The translations under genes were made by a program, and so were the position numbers. A stretch of DNA of 64,000 nt from Bispira polyomma. Taxonomy: Eukaryota. Each line of letters begins with the position of its first letter. The first letter of the stretch is position 1. Below, piece by piece: positions 60,695-64,000 of the stretch. The DNA lies in contig OZ287753.1 of assembly GCA_965649765.1 (NCBI GenBank), positions 4,216,001 to 4,280,000 on the forward strand, given 5' to 3'. The notes beneath the pieces are model-generated. The model was not told the origin of the DNA. It searched no databases and saw only the letters and a list, made by a program, of their open reading frames with translations.

Positions 60695-62596
60695 TGTTAC
60701 AGTCAATCTGTGAAACCAGTTATTATGTGTAATGACTGAAACTTTCAGTCATTTCGCGTTATAACTAAAACCACCAGTCATTACGCGTAATGACTAAAAT
60801 TTCCAGTCATTTCGCGTAATGACTGAAATTATGGTCCAGTCATTATGCGTAATGACTAAAAGTATATTGAGCAGACAATAATATTATATACCATGATCAT
60901 ATATTTGTAATAATAATTATGTGTGATAACAAATAAAACAAAATGAATAAATACAAGCTGTTGTTTGTTATACACTGACATAGACATACAATAAAGCATA
61001 AAACATGTAACAAAATATATAATTTGGTATGGAAAAACACTATCAGTAATAAGCACTACATATCTACTATTAGCACTACATATTATTTATATAAAATTGG
61101 TCAATTTACTAAGACTACCAAGATAACTAGTTAATTCTATTAGTTTCCCATTTAGTGTTTTTTACGCATATAGACTTTATTTATTTTCACATGAGAGGCT
61201 GCTATGGCAACGGCTGGAGCATTAAATTATATTTTTAAAGCACTTGCATTGGTTAGATTCACACTATTTATCGTTATAAATTGTTAATTATTTATTTCAC
61301 AAAGGGTCATTATTTATTTATTATATTTCTTATAATTACATATATAATGTACAATATTTTTTCATTCATACATTTAATAGGTTTACATCAGACATGCAAT
61401 AACAGATGTATACTCATTAACTCTATAATGTAAATTACAAAAGTATGGATGATTACCAAATTATACTGGATGTCTTGACTAAAGTTCATATACAAATATA
61501 AAAAAAAACAATCTTAAAGCTAAACTGTTTCTAAAACTCTTATAAACTTACTTGAAGAGTAAGTAGTATCCTTGTCTACTTTGTGTGTGACTGTTGCTTG
61601 CATTTAATTTTAGATCCGCTATCAAGTTGCAGTACTGTTCTTTAGAAAAAAAACCTCTTTTTACATTCATTATACTTTTTGCAAAGCTCTGCTTCTTCAA
61701 ATGCCATTATAACAATCAACACAAAATGGTGTGTAATTGATGTACAATTCCAAACAGTTATATTAGACAAGTCTTATTGAGCGGCTATTTATACTCAAAA
61801 ATGTACTCAGGGATGAGTTGGGGTTCAGCTAAATCCCTACTCAGGCTTCATAAAGATGAACATTTGTTGTTCAGCATTAAAGGGGTTATTAACTTTGATT
61901 AGGATGATCTTTGTGTAAAATATCCAACTAAATCCTTACACAGGTAGCAACACAAATAAGACAATTACAAAAGAAGGTATATGCTGAATTGCATTTAAAG
62001 CAATACCTGTGGACAAAATTAACTTTAAAGTATTCATCAACAACAGCAGGTTTCTTTGAACTTTAAAAAAATATTAATTTTATCTTTTCATTAACACAAT
62101 TTATAACCCCACTTTTAATGCATAAAATAATGTTAATTCAAACAACATAATTTACATCTGAGGTACTTATATTGCATGAAATAATTATGAATTTAAACAA
62201 TCCTTCAGTCCACCTGATGCTGTTGAAAAGAAATAAAAAAGTTACAGATAGAGGGTTTTGCATTAAAATATTCAAAGACATACTATATTGGTTTACTACA
62301 TCTTTTCACAGTAAACTATTACCAACACCAGTACACAGATTGACTGAAATCTTATAATACTAATAAGACAATCTATGTAAAACCTATTACCAACACCATA
62401 ACACAGATTGACTGAAATCAAATTATATTGATGAGTCAATCTGTGTAAAAATGAACCATCAATTTCAGTCATTACACGAAATGACTGGAAATTTTAGTCA
62501 TTATGCGTAATGACAGGTGGTTTCAGTCATTACGCAAAATGACTGAAAGTTTCAGTCATTACGTGTAATGACTGGTTTCACAGATTGACTGTAACA
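60695..62596 (-). mobile_element. Non-autonomous long-TIR DNA transposon (Ginger2/TDD-like, or pogo-like)
   Basis: ~135-bp TIRs TGTTACAGTCAATCTGTGAAACCAG... built from the palindrome AGTCATTACGCGTAATGACT; internal minus-strand exon remnant 61707-61552. Confidence 0.7.
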
Positions 62597-62974
62597 TTAA
62601 TATATATTACTATGTTACTACATACAACTATTTCATGTATATAGCATTCATAATATTATTAATATAAAGCCGCAACTATTAATATAACTTAATCTAAAAC
62701 AATTTATCAACTATTATGAAATGTAATGGAGCAACATCAAGCAATATTATCTAAAGTCCCATATACTATGTCCACAATGCACGCATGCAAATAATTTAAA
62801 TCCTAATACAGTGCAATGTGAAACCATGCTCCCGCTACAAGAAATTTAGAAAAACAATTTAGTTATATTTTAACATAGCTTATTATAAAAACAAGCCTAT
62901 ACTTGCTCAGTGCTAGTAAAATAAGGTAACATGTATGATATGATATAGTACATTTGTTATAGCACACTTATACA

Positions 62975-63212
62975 ACTCAGGGCCGTTTCAAATGCGCTTA
63001 CTCATGGGCAGCCACTATTGGCGCCGAGGCTTGCTTGAGGATGACTATTTATCAACATCCCAAAGGAACTTTATTCTGCCACTGGAGATATTACTTGTGT
63101 TCACATCTTGCCCAGGGATGTTATCCCGCCAAATGAAACTAGCGGCCGGTACCGGGAATAGAACGGGGGACCTTCTGATCATTAGACCAGCACCCTAACC
63201 ACTAGTCCACAG
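62975..63212 (-). mobile_element. tRNA-derived SINE
   Basis: Minus strand GTGGACTAGTGGTTAGGGTGCTGGTCTAATGATCAGAAGGTCCCCCGTTCTATTCCCGG head; AGTAAGCGCATTTGAAAC 3' motif. Confidence 0.7.
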
Positions 63213-63759
63213 GCATAGATGTAGCAAGATCTATACTAATTCAATTACCTGTACAAAAACAATATTTTTTTATAAAATAGAATTTATAAAATAGATGACA
63301 CATAATTTAAATGTAGAAGAGTAAAGTGTGGAGGCCACCCAAAATGTTGATGGGGAAAAGGCTAGTAAATGACTAGCCTAAAGATGCTGGGCGGTTTACC
63401 TCACACACAATTTGAGAATCTTGGTTCCCTGTGTCTGTGTTTGCTGCAGGAAGTTGTTGTGATCGGGGTGTGGTCAGGTCGGAGATATTAGAGGCACTAG
63501 AAAAGAATGTGGTTAAATATTTGATTACATTAAGACCTAAGACTAGCAATATTTATATACAGTTCAGATAACAAGGTATAGCACAAAGGCATATGGTCAC
63601 CTTAACTCAAATAAGTTTAAGAGTGTAAGTTTTGAAATTTATAAGTGAATTTTGAATTTAAGTTTAAGCTAAAGAAATTTAATATTTTAGGTATTTAAAG
63701 TTTGACATATTAGGGTTAAGGTGGAACTTTAAATGCAGGAGTACAATATGTAATGCTGT

Positions 63760-64000
63760 AGTGAAGGGGGACTTTATGTGTGATTAAATGTCCAGGCCCC
63801 TGAATGTCTTAATGTGTGGGAGGTATACAATTTGGAATCACATTGAACAGTTTGCAATATCTATTTTAACATTTTTCCTGACCATGGAATCCTTGAGTGA
63901 ACACAACGTGCCCAATCTTGGTGTTCTACACAAAGGTCATTTGGGAGGCCAAGATACAAGAGTAGCATGTTTCCAGAGAGGTAAAAGGGTATAGCTGAGA
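63760..64000 (-). pseudogene. Third tyrosine-recombinase remnant (runs off the window)
   Basis: Minus-strand DSKLYTSHTLRHSGA resembles YR box II (HAFRRSGA in the intact element). Confidence 0.5.

Noticed and set aside
60720-60860. Regularly spaced palindromic repeats resembling a CRISPR array
   Set aside because: Spacers are only ~7-9 nt, the array is mirrored at 62461-62596 as a transposon TIR, there are no cas genes, and the context is eukaryotic.
63140-63212. tRNA gene
   Set aside because: No proper acceptor stem, and it continues into a SINE body; treated as a SINE head.

Overview
AT-rich eukaryotic (invertebrate animal, possibly mollusc; taxon is inferred only from the repeat complement) genomic DNA, not prokaryotic. 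The first 14 kb carry 11 symmetric phase-1 exons of a + strand host gene: nine 6-Cys furin-like/CXXC repeats followed by two Sushi/CCP domains. A candidate hydrophobic last exon lies 33.6 kb downstream (47828-47982). That long intron holds a nest of transposons. An old L2-type LINE is split by a 25-kb PIF/Harbinger element, which contains a solo LTR, a Tc1-like MITE and two L1/Tx1-type LINEs. One of these LINEs is split by an apparently intact, young split-direct-repeat tyrosine-recombinase retrotransposon (Ngaro/PAT-like DIRS). Main observations: (1) the minus-strand L1/Tx1 ORF1p is fused to a NADAR/YbiA-family domain; (2) the YR retrotransposon appears to make three proteins from one ATG: Gag, Gag-RT/RH by -1 frameshift, and GagN-YR by splicing; (3) it integrated by an exact GG crossover that can be reconstructed from the sequence. 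The distal 20 kb are mostly decayed TEs, MITEs, SINEs and tandem repeats. All calls are by-eye reading; no searches were run.
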